A stretch of DNA of 64,000 nucleotides from IMG/VR virus record IMGVR_UViG_3300002835_000132. One strand, 5' to 3'. Source of the stretch: an uncultured virus (IMG/VR IMGVR_UViG_3300002835_000132). Lineage: Duplodnaviria; Heunggongvirae; Uroviricota; Caudoviricetes. Both the position numbers and the translations under genes were made by a program. Shown here piece after piece: positions 27,402-38,700 of this stretch. Within the stretch, counting starts at the first letter, position 1. Each line of letters begins with the position of its first letter. The notes beneath the pieces were generated by a model. The model ran no database searches, was not told the DNA's origin, and worked only from the letters and a program-made list of their open reading frames with translations.

Positions 27402-30400
27402 ATGGGAAGTCCTTTAGATTTTGTAAGCTCGGATGGTTTCAGAAAGAAACTAATAACTAGGAACTTAACGCCTTACGCTAAGGCTCCTAACCGTCCTACG
27501 CAATCAATTAATACAGAATATATTCAATCAGACACGTCTGTACAGGATAGTCCTGACCAATTAATTGATACCCCATCTTTTGCAAACCAACTATATCCAC
27601 TTAACCAATACGGTAATGAAGGTGGATACGAACAAGTTCCTGACCCAGGAGCGTTGTTAAACACCAAATCAAATGAAGGTGAATACGGATTCCAAGACGC
27701 AAATATTGTAGACCAAGCGTTTCCCGAGTCTCAAAGATGGAAACCTCTTAACGTGTTTTCTAATGGTAGTCAATTACCTTTAGATAGTGCACCGTTTTTT
27801 GATTCGATAGATAGACCACAAACAACTAACACTTCAAATAATCAACCATACCCAACAACATTTGTACCTTCAACGTATAGTCCGTTATCGATTTTACTTT
27901 CAAATGACCCTGGTGGTAGTAATGGTTTAATGAGTCAAGACTCCTTTATTGTTAAGTTAGGTGCAGAAACATTAAGAAGAGAGTTTGAAGCAAGAATTGC
28001 TGCTCAGATTAGACAAGATACAATTGGAAGAGCAAACATATTAAATGTTAATAGTGGGACTGACATAGTTAACATTTTGTCAGGTATCGTCCCAATTATT
28101 GAACCAAACTATACTATTACCGTAACGGCAAACCCAATACTTGCTGCGGCCAACTTCGCCTTAAGATTAGGAGGAAGTATCTTACCTGTATCACCAATAC
28201 CTGGTTCATACTTTGACCCAAATATTAATCCTGGTCAACCAACTACAATACAACAAATGACTGCCGCCTTTGGTCAAACAGGGGTCGGTGGATTTTTCAA
28301 TAGATTATTAGGTGGAGGAAACACTGGTTCTCAAATCATGTATAACAACATGGGTGCAGGACAAAGGTCTCGTTTGTTTAAAAACATTGACTACAACAGA
28401 TATAAACCAAACCTTCAAAGAAGTCTTCTTGATAGATTAGGAGGGGCAATCACAGGAACATTAACTGACAATAGTAACTATTACGTTGGTAACATTACTT
28501 CTGAACCGTCAAGAGTGTTCTCACCAGGTGGTGATATACCTGTAAATGCCTACGGTCAAGAGATGCAAGCACCTGTTTACGGACCACAGGAACTCGCTCA
28601 ACTATATGAAGGACCAAGTCAAGAAGTTAGATTAGGTGCTAACGGGCCTACCTATTCTAATGGTGGTGGTATTGAAGGTGGATTTACATGGGTGTCTCCG
28701 AAGTACAAAGGAAATGCTGGTAAAAAAGTTGGTCTTGGTGGTGAGGTCACAAATCAAGACGAAGACTTTAAACCTTCATCATATAATACTACAGAATCTA
28801 CAGAGAGAACTTTTAAACAAGGTTCAATCTTAGACCAAACCCAAAGAATCATTGATAGTCAGCCTCAAGGAGGTAGAAGACTTCAACACGTTGGTAATGC
28901 GATTGACCAAGTAAGTAAGGTGTTTCATGACGGATACAAAGAACTTACAAAGGGTTCAAGAGTTTACAGATATGAAGGTGCTATTGGACAAGAAGTTGGA
29001 ACCGAATACTGTAGAGTGTTTGCAAAAGACGTACCATACTTACAATACAATGACTTACAAAAAGTTGATGGTGTTACAACTAGTGGTAGAAGATTTGCCG
29101 ACTCAGTATTAGATAACACATATAACCTTAACATCGCTCCTAACAAAATGGAGGGTGGACAATCTTCAACCAACCTAATTAACGGAGGTGCGGGAGGTGA
29201 CGGGTACGCCAAAAAATATATGTTCTCATTAGAGAATTTGGCTTGGAGAACATCGAGTACACCAGGATACACTGTATCGGATTTGGCGATGTGTGAGAGA
29301 GGTCCAAATGGTGGTAGAGTAATGTGGTTCGCTCCTTACGGATTAACGTTCAGTGAGACTGTATCGACCAACTGGAACCAAAGTGATTTCTTAGGTAGAA
29401 CAGAACCAATCTACACTTATAAAAATACTCAAAGGTCAGGTACTCTATCTTGGAAAATTGTTGTCGACCATCCGTCGGTATTAAATGTTATTGTTGATAA
29501 GGTATTAGGTAACGAAACAAATAGAGTTAGAGTTGATAGTATTATTGATTCATTCTTTGCTGGTTGTAGAAAATACGACTTATATGAACTTGCTAAAAAA
29601 TATTATACTGTAAAGCCAGGTGAGTTATCTTATTTACAAGATATGATTTCTTCCAAAAACATGACCAAGGAAGAATTAGAATTTACCAAACAAACTATAC
29701 AAACAGGTAACAACGCACCAAATGGGGGAGCAACACCTGTTACAGAATCTTCATTGAACTCTGAAGATTACTTTAAAAAGTATGCGCAAATTGCGGGGTA
29801 TTTTGGTAATGATTTTCCAAAACCAAATACAACCCCAAATTATACAACGGAATACACAAGATATACCTCAGCAGGGAATGTTAAATTATATACAAGTAAA
29901 TCAAACGGAGCTCAATTAGGTACGTTCTTTAATGCGGTAGTAACACCAAACTATAATTCATTAAAAGAATTAACCGTAGAACTTGCAAAACAATTAAACC
30001 AATTTCCTACGGGGTCCATAACTATGGTTATAGACTCTAGTTGTTCTGCACCTGCAACTAAAAGTTATAATGTTGAATTATCGAAGAGAAGAATTGCATC
30101 ACTTATTAAGTTTTTTAATGAAACTGAACCACTTAAAAAATTTATTACAAGTTCACCTCAAAGATTAATAATTAAAGAGGGAAACGCCGCGGGAGAGAAT
30201 TCACAAGTTAAACAGTTTGATGACAAGGCAGGTTCATTTATTAATGGACAACTCGTTAGTTGTACCGATAACGACCCAAGTGCGTCTGGTGGTGACACAA
30301 AGGCCGATTCTAAAGAAATCTTTACAACAACCGCTATGGCGTGTAGACGAGCGTACGTTAGTTCAATCACAGGGACACTAACAGCTCCTGTAACACCTCC

Positions 30401-32408
30401 AGAACCACAAACTCAAGATATTTTAGTTGGAAACGTGGTAACAAGTACTGTTAAAGTACCTGTTGTGGAACAAGTTAGAAGAGAAAGAAATAACGTTACT
30501 AAATTAGTTCTAAGGTCTTTATTATCGGAATGTGATTACTTTGAAACTATCAAAGCGGAAACACCTATGGTATATGACAACTTAAAAGATAAGTTGAAGT
30601 TTTTCCAACCAGCGTTTCACTCAACAACACCTGAAGGTTTAAACTCGAGACTTACATTCTTACAACAATGTATGAGACCTGGTGAGACAATACCTACAGT
30701 AAAACAAAATACACCTCAAAGTAAACCTACGTTAGAATATAACAACGCTGTTAACACCGCCTTTGGTGCACCACCAGTATTGGTTTTAAGAATTGGAGAT
30801 TTTTATAATACAAAAATTGTCCCAACATCATTAGGACTTCAATACGAATCTTTAGATATTAATCCTGAAGGTATTGGGGTTCAACCTATGATTGCCAACG
30901 TAACAATGGGATTCAACTTTGTTGGAGGTAGTGGCTTAAAAGAATCTGTCGATAAGTTACAAAACGCGTTAACATTCAACTATTATGCGAACACTGAAAT
31001 GTTTGATGATAGAGCGGATGTCACTTCACAAGAAGAATTCTTAAAGATACTTGATAGTGAATTCTTAAAACAAGATACGTTACTTAATCCACCAACTTTA
31101 AATCAGGCGTCACCAAACGCGGGACAAAGTAATGACGCAACGGTAGGGAAGATTCTTACAAATGTTTTAACAGGGACTACTGAAACTGGTACAATAAATT
31201 ATTCTGATTTCATGGTACAAGTTGTTAACGATACTCAAACATATTTTACAAGTGTTGTTAATAAAACTAAAGAAAGTGTTAATCAATATAATAATGCGGT
31301 TCGTCAACAGTGGATGTTAGAACGTTCATACACACAAGGTAAATTTTCAGTCGGAGACCCAAAACCTGAGGTAGTATTGTTTGGTAAATCAAATAATATT
31401 GAGAAAAGAATTAATCAAATTTTTGGTAATTTAGAGGATAACATTAAAGATGACGAGGATTTATTCATACAATTTATAAGTAATAAACAAAAAGGGTTTT
31501 CAAAAAAACTGATAAGAGTTGTTAAAGACAACTACATTAATTTTGTTAAAAACAAAAGAGCATCATTCCAAGGACCAATATCAACTATTACCCAAGGATT
31601 AACGGCAATTGAACAAACCTATATTCAAACTTTAGGTAAACTTAATTTTATAATATACCCTGGACAAACAGGTAAAGGTACCGATGGATTCCAAGCTAAG
31701 AATGGTAATACAGTTATATATGTGACAACTGGAACAGGTAATGTATACCAAGAGTTGATAGATGACACTAAAAAAATTGGAACAGATATTGGGAAATTTA
31801 ATACCGCGATTTGGGGTAAAACTAAATTTACTTATGGACAAACAACTTACGAAGGCGAATTAGTTTTTGAAACCGCAACAAATGGTATCTCTAAAGCAGT
31901 TACTGTTGAAGATGTATTCTTACCTTTTAGTAATAACACTAACTTTAAAGATAACAAATCTTTTAGAAGACAATATATGGTAATGTCTGACGATGTTCTT
32001 GATGATAAAAAATATGAATCGTTTAAACAAGCTTTAATAGGTAACGTTGTAAATAACCAATCTTTAGTTGGCCCTGAGGATAGAGGAAACCTTGACTCGG
32101 TGTTTGACGCTTATTGGTTAACAACGGCAAAACCTTTGTTCTTAGAAGAAAACAATATAACTAAAGCGTTTATAACTGAATTAGAAAAAACAAAGTTAAA
32201 AGACTTTTTAAAGTATACTCCTTTCGATAAGAAAGAAAGAGTATTTAATTATACAACAGAAAACGGGGCTGATGATGAGAAGAAGAAAGCTCAACAAAAT
32301 ATGGTTAAAGGTTTAGGTGCTTCAACAAACTTAAACACAAATAATAACACTTGGAACGATGAGAATGGTGCGACAGGTGCTTTAACATCAAAAGCAAAAT
32401 TAAATTAA
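27402..32408 (+). CDS. Large baseplate/tube-initiator-like protein with an internal OmpA-like domain
   Basis: FLGRTEPIYTY and PPVLVLRIGDFY tube-like segments; SCSAPATKSYNVELSKRR motif. Confidence 0.55.
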   Translation: MGSPLDFVSSDGFRKKLITRNLTPYAKAPNRPTQSINTEYIQSDTSVQDSPDQLIDTPSFANQLYPLNQYGNEGGYEQVPDPGALLNTKSNEGEYGFQDANIVDQAFPESQRWKPLNVFSNGSQLPLDSAPFFDSIDRPQTTNTSNNQPYPTTFVPSTYSPLSILLSNDPGGSNGLMSQDSFIVKLGAETLRREFEARIAAQIRQDTIGRANILNVNSGTDIVNILSGIVPIIEPNYTITVTANPILAAANFALRLGGSILPVSPIPGSYFDPNINPGQPTTIQQMTAAFGQTGVGGFFNRLLGGGNTGSQIMYNNMGAGQRSRLFKNIDYNRYKPNLQRSLLDRLGGAITGTLTDNSNYYVGNITSEPSRVFSPGGDIPVNAYGQEMQAPVYGPQELAQLYEGPSQEVRLGANGPTYSNGGGIEGGFTWVSPKYKGNAGKKVGLGGEVTNQDEDFKPSSYNTTESTERTFKQGSILDQTQRIIDSQPQGGRRLQHVGNAIDQVSKVFHDGYKELTKGSRVYRYEGAIGQEVGTEYCRVFAKDVPYLQYNDLQKVDGVTTSGRRFADSVLDNTYNLNIAPNKMEGGQSSTNLINGGAGGDGYAKKYMFSLENLAWRTSSTPGYTVSDLAMCERGPNGGRVMWFAPYGLTFSETVSTNWNQSDFLGRTEPIYTYKNTQRSGTLSWKIVVDHPSVLNVIVDKVLGNETNRVRVDSIIDSFFAGCRKYDLYELAKKYYTVKPGELSYLQDMISSKNMTKEELEFTKQTIQTGNNAPNGGATPVTESSLNSEDYFKKYAQIAGYFGNDFPKPNTTPNYTTEYTRYTSAGNVKLYTSKSNGAQLGTFFNAVVTPNYNSLKELTVELAKQLNQFPTGSITMVIDSSCSAPATKSYNVELSKRRIASLIKFFNETEPLKKFITSSPQRLIIKEGNAAGENSQVKQFDDKAGSFINGQLVSCTDNDPSASGGDTKADSKEIFTTTAMACRRAYVSSITGTLTAPVTPPEPQTQDILVGNVVTSTVKVPVVEQVRRERNNVTKLVLRSLLSECDYFETIKAETPMVYDNLKDKLKFFQPAFHSTTPEGLNSRLTFLQQCMRPGETIPTVKQNTPQSKPTLEYNNAVNTAFGAPPVLVLRIGDFYNTKIVPTSLGLQYESLDINPEGIGVQPMIANVTMGFNFVGGSGLKESVDKLQNALTFNYYANTEMFDDRADVTSQEEFLKILDSEFLKQDTLLNPPTLNQASPNAGQSNDATVGKILTNVLTGTTETGTINYSDFMVQVVNDTQTYFTSVVNKTKESVNQYNNAVRQQWMLERSYTQGKFSVGDPKPEVVLFGKSNNIEKRINQIFGNLEDNIKDDEDLFIQFISNKQKGFSKKLIRVVKDNYINFVKNKRASFQGPISTITQGLTAIEQTYIQTLGKLNFIIYPGQTGKGTDGFQAKNGNTVIYVTTGTGNVYQELIDDTKKIGTDIGKFNTAIWGKTKFTYGQTTYEGELVFETATNGISKAVTVEDVFLPFSNNTNFKDNKSFRRQYMVMSDDVLDDKKYESFKQALIGNVVNNQSLVGPEDRGNLDSVFDAYWLTTAKPLFLEENNITKAFITELEKTKLKDFLKYTPFDKKERVFNYTTENGADDEKKKAQQNMVKGLGASTNLNTNNNTWNDENGATGALTSKAKLN

Positions 32409-32731
32409 TGGCATTTCAATATTGGAACCGATACAGTGATTTTTTAATAAACGGAGAACAAACAGTTGTCCCATATGTTAGCTTGCCTCAAAAATCAACT
32501 GACAAGGCTTACATATATAAAGTCGCTCAAAGTAGATTAGATAAGGTGTCTCAAGAGTACTATAACTCGCCAACATTTAATTGGTTAATACTTCAGGCTA
32601 ATCCACAATTTGGAGGGCTCGAAAACAATATATATGATGGGGCTATATTGATTATTCCGTTTCCATTACTACCATCTCTACAGGATTATAAAGCGGCGTT
32701 AGAAAATCATTTTTATTATTATGGTAGGTAA
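32408..32731 (+). CDS. LysM-like baseplate wedge protein (gp53/tail X-like)
   Basis: RLDKVSQEYY...WLILQANP...G..LIIP pattern. Confidence 0.75.
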   Translation: MAFQYWNRYSDFLINGEQTVVPYVSLPQKSTDKAYIYKVAQSRLDKVSQEYYNSPTFNWLILQANPQFGGLENNIYDGAILIIPFPLLPSLQDYKAALENHFYYYGR

Positions 32732-35700
32732 TTTAGGACCAGACAATAGTGGGAGAATATATGTTGAGTTCGATTACAATAACCTTATTGTAGTTGACCC
32801 CAACAAAACTATTGATGCGGTAGGGAATATTAGAGAAAGATTAGTCGACCATGAAAACTTGGTAATGTACGCTAATCTTGAAGCAGATGTACTACCAAGA
32901 ACCAAACTTGCGGTTGGTATAAGTCCTGAAGATAGTGGACTTACAACTATCTCGGTGGCTAAGATGAATTTTCTTAAACCAACAAAAAACAGTTATTTAG
33001 GTTCAGGATATTACGATGAACTAACAGGTAATAATGTTACCAAGTTTGACGGAACTAATCAACCTGCACAACTTGGACAACAAACAAGTAACGGTGCCAA
33101 GCCTTATATTCAAAACACGGTAGCTAACGAATTAAACGTTATGGATAACGGACTGTTAGGTATTACTAGTATTAACATTACAACAAACACTTCATTTATA
33201 CCATCGGTAACAATGGTTTTAGAAGATGTACAAGGTAAAGCGTTATTCCAATTAGGAAATAACTCACCATATTCTGCATTCTTTAACCTACCTTATCCAC
33301 CATTCTATTTAACACTTAAAGGTTTTTATGGACAAGCGGTAAGATACCAACTTAACTTAGAAAAATTCCATGCGTCGTTTAATGGAACAAGTGGAAACTA
33401 TCAAGTTAATCTAACATTTAAAGGTTATAAGTTTAATATATTAAACGAAATTGCCATGGGACATTTGGTTGCAACACCACACATGTATTCCCAAAGATTT
33501 AATTTTGGAGTAACACCTGTAACACCACAACAATCCAACAAAGCCAACGAATCACAATCTAAAACTCAAGGAGCTCTTGGAGCTAATAATCCAAATAGTA
33601 GTGACGCGGTTGTTACCGAATTAGTAACCGAAAGAGGTTATCAAAAAATTGTTGAAGTTTATAGTGAATACAAAGCCAAAGGATTAATTGCTCCTGAATT
33701 ACCTGAACTTACATTAGTCCAATTAATGAATAAGTTAGAGACTTTTGAGCAAAATATTATGGACTCTTTTGATAAGGCTGAGGTTGAATCTTTAACTAAC
33801 ATTAAAAATTACAAAGGTATTCTTACTCAGTATTTTACAAATGTTAGAGGAGGACAAAGTTCATGGTTTAATATACATCTAAATCCACAACCTCTTATTT
33901 TATTAAATGGTGAAAAAGTTTACAAATTTAAAAATGTTGACGAGGGGGCAAAGACAACCGCAATTTCATTACTAAAAGGAAATATTACAGAATATAATAA
34001 TGCGTTAGCTGCAAATCCAACATTGGGTAGTAAGGGTAAATCACCAATACCGAACCCAATTAAGTACGATTTAATGCTTAAAGACAATTTAATTGAATCT
34101 CAAATTGATTGGAAGGCAACTACAATTGCTCAAACAGGAAATCCAGACCCAACAAAAGAAACCATTGATAAAGTTATTAGTTCATATGGTTTCAGTAAGA
34201 CATTAAATGTAACTGAAGTAAATGGTAAAAAAAGTTACACTGAAAACAAAGAGCCTTATTATGTCTTCGAAGGTGATGGAAGATTTGATGCAACTATTTC
34301 ATCTTTAGAAACACAAGCAAATAAAAAGTTGTCGGAATATGAAGCAATTATAACTGCGGAATTACTAAGAAAAATTGAGGATAAGGATAAAGGTATTGGA
34401 TTTAAACCTACAGTCAGAAATATTGTTGCTGTTATCATGGCATCCGCAGAAGCCTTCGTTAGATTACTTGATGATGTTCACACTAAAGCTTGGGATGTGA
34501 AATACGACCCTGTCAGAAAAGCGGCTATTTTGGAAAACCCATCTTCAGCTCCAAGTTCTGAAACGGTTGATAATGTTGTTTACGCTTCAGGGTCTTTATT
34601 AGGTAATACTGATGCAGAAAATGCTCAAATTCCTGTATACCCATGGCCACAATTTTTTGAAGAAAGTGTTGAAGATAAGAAAGGAAGATTCCAATTAAAA
34701 TACATTGCGGACCCAAGTGTTGTTGGAAAAACCCAAGGTAATAATTATGCTAAATGGCCCGAGGTAGAATTTGTTGAGGAGTATATGAAAGGACTTACTC
34801 AAAAATTTCAAAACCCTTTGGCTCCCGCACCTGTTGAAAACCAAAGAGTTACTAATAGTATTAATATAAACGCTATTGAATTTCCATCTTTAGGGATTGC
34901 GTATGCTAATAAAGAAGAAATTAAGTTTTTCTATGAAATATGGGAAAGACAATTTTTAACGTCACACTATTCAGGATTAGTTAGGGCTAATTTAAATCAA
35001 ATAAATGATTTATTAAAACTTAACATAGAAACTGAAGTTAATAATATCAAAGATAGTTTAGGAGTGAGTAGCCCATACATAACCTTCAAATTAAAAAATT
35101 ACGGATTCAATTCAACTAGCTACCCTGTATTCTTAAATAATATCTCAAACATGGGAACGGGTAGAGCATACCAAGATTACATTAGAGATTTCTTTGTGAC
35201 ACCGTACATTAGAGCGTTAACAGAGAATCCGTTTAGTATTTTAAAAACTAGTGACCTTGGTAAAATACCACAAGTTACTACAACATCAGATGCTTTAAGA
35301 GCGTTAATTACTAACGCATCTAACGAACCATTAGTTGTTGATACATTACCATATACTGACACAACGTGGAATTTAAATAATTTAAATCAAAGTGCAACCG
35401 CTGCGGGTAATCAAGTTTATGACACCAAAAAAAGTTTGACAATCTTTGAACCAAGAAAGATAATATCAAACTTTACAGACATCTACAACTATAAAACGAA
35501 TAGACCTGTAACCAATTTTTCATATCTATTATCTCAAAATCCAACAATTATTGCCGCGTTGGTAGGTATAGGTTCGTTTGGAGGTTCAATCCCTGGACTA
35601 ACAACATTTTATCCGTTAAGAACTCCTGAAAATTTTGCAGCAACTGAAGGGTACTGTAATGGTGTTACACCTACAGGATTTTTAGGACCAAGAACAACGA

Positions 35701-38700
35701 CCTCAATGTTAAACACACCGTACTTTATAAATGCGATTCAAAGTGGTGTGGTTAATTTTAAAAACAAAGAAACGTACCCTTACGTTCAAGCGGCATATCT
35801 ATTCCTAAATTCGTTACCATTAGCAACATTAAGAGAGAAGTATAAAACTGTATCAGATAATAATCCACCAACTGACTTGGACTACATTGCGTCTTGTTTT
35901 AATAAATTTGGTGCGATACACAAAATACCTTACGCTTGGATTTTAAAATATGGTTCGATTTACCATAGATACAAAAAATTCAAAGAAAGTGGTGTAGACA
36001 TTCTTACAAATGTTTGGAAAGATTTTGATTATACAAACAATTATAATCCAATCACTAATCAAACAACAACACAATACACGTTTAAATACTTAAAGGAGGT
36101 TGACAACACAAATATTACATTACAAACCGAAACTAATGACGATGTTAATATGCAAATAGGGTTTTACCCTAAGTTAATTAACGACTTCAATGTATTCTAT
36201 AATGGGTATGATTTATATAGCGGATACACCAATACAGAAATTCAAGAAAGTGTTGATGGTGGAATGAAGGTCTATAATTATTTTGGGTCCAATATTCTTT
36301 CAGGAAAACAAGGGGATAAAAATTTAAGATTAAAGACATGGTCTGTATTGTTACCTGATTTAACTCCTGAAGCTGAGGCTAATTGCGACCCCAAAAATAA
36401 CACCAAAAATACGGACTATCTTGTTGTACCATCGTTTGGTACATCTTTTAATCAAGCCAAAGAATCATGTTTAACGGGTAGTACCACTTCAATAGGAACC
36501 AAAATTAATCTTACTTCTAATAGTAGTGTGTATAATGGTTCTGTTAGAAGTCTATGGGCAGCACCTAATTATGGGTATTTTGATTCAACACAAATCGCAT
36601 ATCCACAACCTGACTCGTACCTGACTCGTATAGTTACAGGTACAACTGAAGAACAATCTCCTGTTCACTTTTTGAATACCGACCAATACTCAAAAATTGA
36701 AGAGATGTTTTCGGTATTTGATAAAAAGGTATTAGAGTCTTTTGAGGTGGAGTTTTTAAATTTTTGTAAACCAATAACTAATGCGGATAACGGTGGAGAA
36801 GTTTTAACTTACGGACAGAGCCCTGTTAATATCAATTCCAACTTTAGAAATTTCCAATCATTATTTAAAACATTAATGACAGTACCTAAACAAGTTGATG
36901 GCACGGGAGAAAATAACTATTTTGATATAGTAATCCAAAAACAATGGGAAGTATTCCAATCAGGTGTAAAATCATTTATGGAATACGATATGATTATAAG
37001 AAATGGTAATCCTTCAAATTATAATAGAAGGATATTCGATTCTTATTTATCATTTAATGCATCACCTGAAGTAATAGACCCAATCACATTTAATCCTTAT
37101 GTTAGAGGTAGTTTACCTACAAGAGGAGGGGGAGTTACGTTAACTCAATCTAAACTTGCTAATAGACAAGCGTGGTTTGCTTTAGAGACCGAAGTAGGGT
37201 TTTCAACAATATTTAATGTTGCATATAGTTCAAATGGTTCATATATAACTGACTTCTTTGTTGACAATAATATTGAGTTTACTGCTCAGAATGTTGTATT
37301 ACTGGCTAAGATAATTAAAATGTATGCGACACAAAAACTTAGACAACCAACAATATCAGTTGCTCAATTTAAAAATCAAATTACACAATATCTTAATAGA
37401 GAGTCCGAATTACAAAACAATTTCTTAGACGGAGTTCTGACAGGATTGAACAGAGCGTTACCATCACAACAACAACTACCTCAACAACAACCAATCCAAA
37501 GTTCTATTTCAGGAGAACAGAGTAAAGTTGAAAACTATGAAGTTTTCAAGGCGTTAAACGACAAGTGGGTTGCGGGTGGTGATTACACAAACAAAACATT
37601 GTTTGAAGATATGATGTTTTTAGATAGAGCGTCAAGAAATATTGGAGACACAATCTTAGTTGATATTTTTGATTTGAAAGCCATGTTTGGTGTTGGTGGT
37701 ACTCCTGGTGAATATTCGTTAAATCAAGCTATGAGTGTTTATACCTTTATTAGTGGTATTCTTATTAAGAATAATTTTAACGTAATGAATTTACCTGCAT
37801 ATGTTAACTTCTATAATGTTCAAGATGTTGATGGAACTACAACTCCAAGAACTGAAGGCTCGTTAGATTTTGCGGACAGTTTATGGGGAACCTATTTAGA
37901 TGTTGATTATAGAAAGTCAGGGCCTAAAATGGTTTGTTTCTACGCAGGTAAACCATCTCAATATTTAGACCTACCAAAAGGTAATTTCAAATTTAGAAAT
38001 GACGGGTTTGAAATGAGAAGAGCTTCGGAAAATCCTTTATTGGAAGACCAAAAAGATAAAAAAGATTGGGCGGTTTCTAATAAATGTGTTGGGTTTACCG
38101 TAGATTTAGGTATTAGAAATCAAAACATATTTTATTCGTTTAGTGTATCACAAGATAATGGTACTGCAACTTCTGAGTCGATTAATACTCAGTTGAATAT
38201 GGTAGACCAAGCCTCAGGTAGACAGACCGCAACTCAAAATAATAGTTTATATAATTTATACAAACAAAGAAGTTATAAGTGTTCGGTAACATCTTTAGGT
38301 AATGCGTTGATACAACCAACAATGTATTTCAATCTTAGACACGTACCAATGTTTAATGGACCGTACATGATACAAGATGTACAACATACAATTCAAGCGG
38401 GTAATTTTCAAACAACATTTACAGGTGTTAGACAGGGGGTATTTGATTTACCAGCGATAGATAGTTTCCTACAAAGTATAAACCAAAACCTTGTTACTAA
38501 GTTAGAAGAGTTACTTAAAATTAATAAAGATAGTATTACTGTTACTGGAACCACAAATACAGTTAAAAGTAATAAGTTACCGCAAAAGGCAGATAACACA
38601 TTGGACACTACAAATGCTTGTAGTTCAAATGTACTTAAGACTTACTCAGACGCTGCGTTTGGAGATAGTGTTGTTGGTACCGCGACACCATTAACACCAC

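Noticed and set aside
36608..36629. 11-nt tandem duplication acctgactcgt
   Set aside because: It is a single instance with the reading frame intact and is likely chance.
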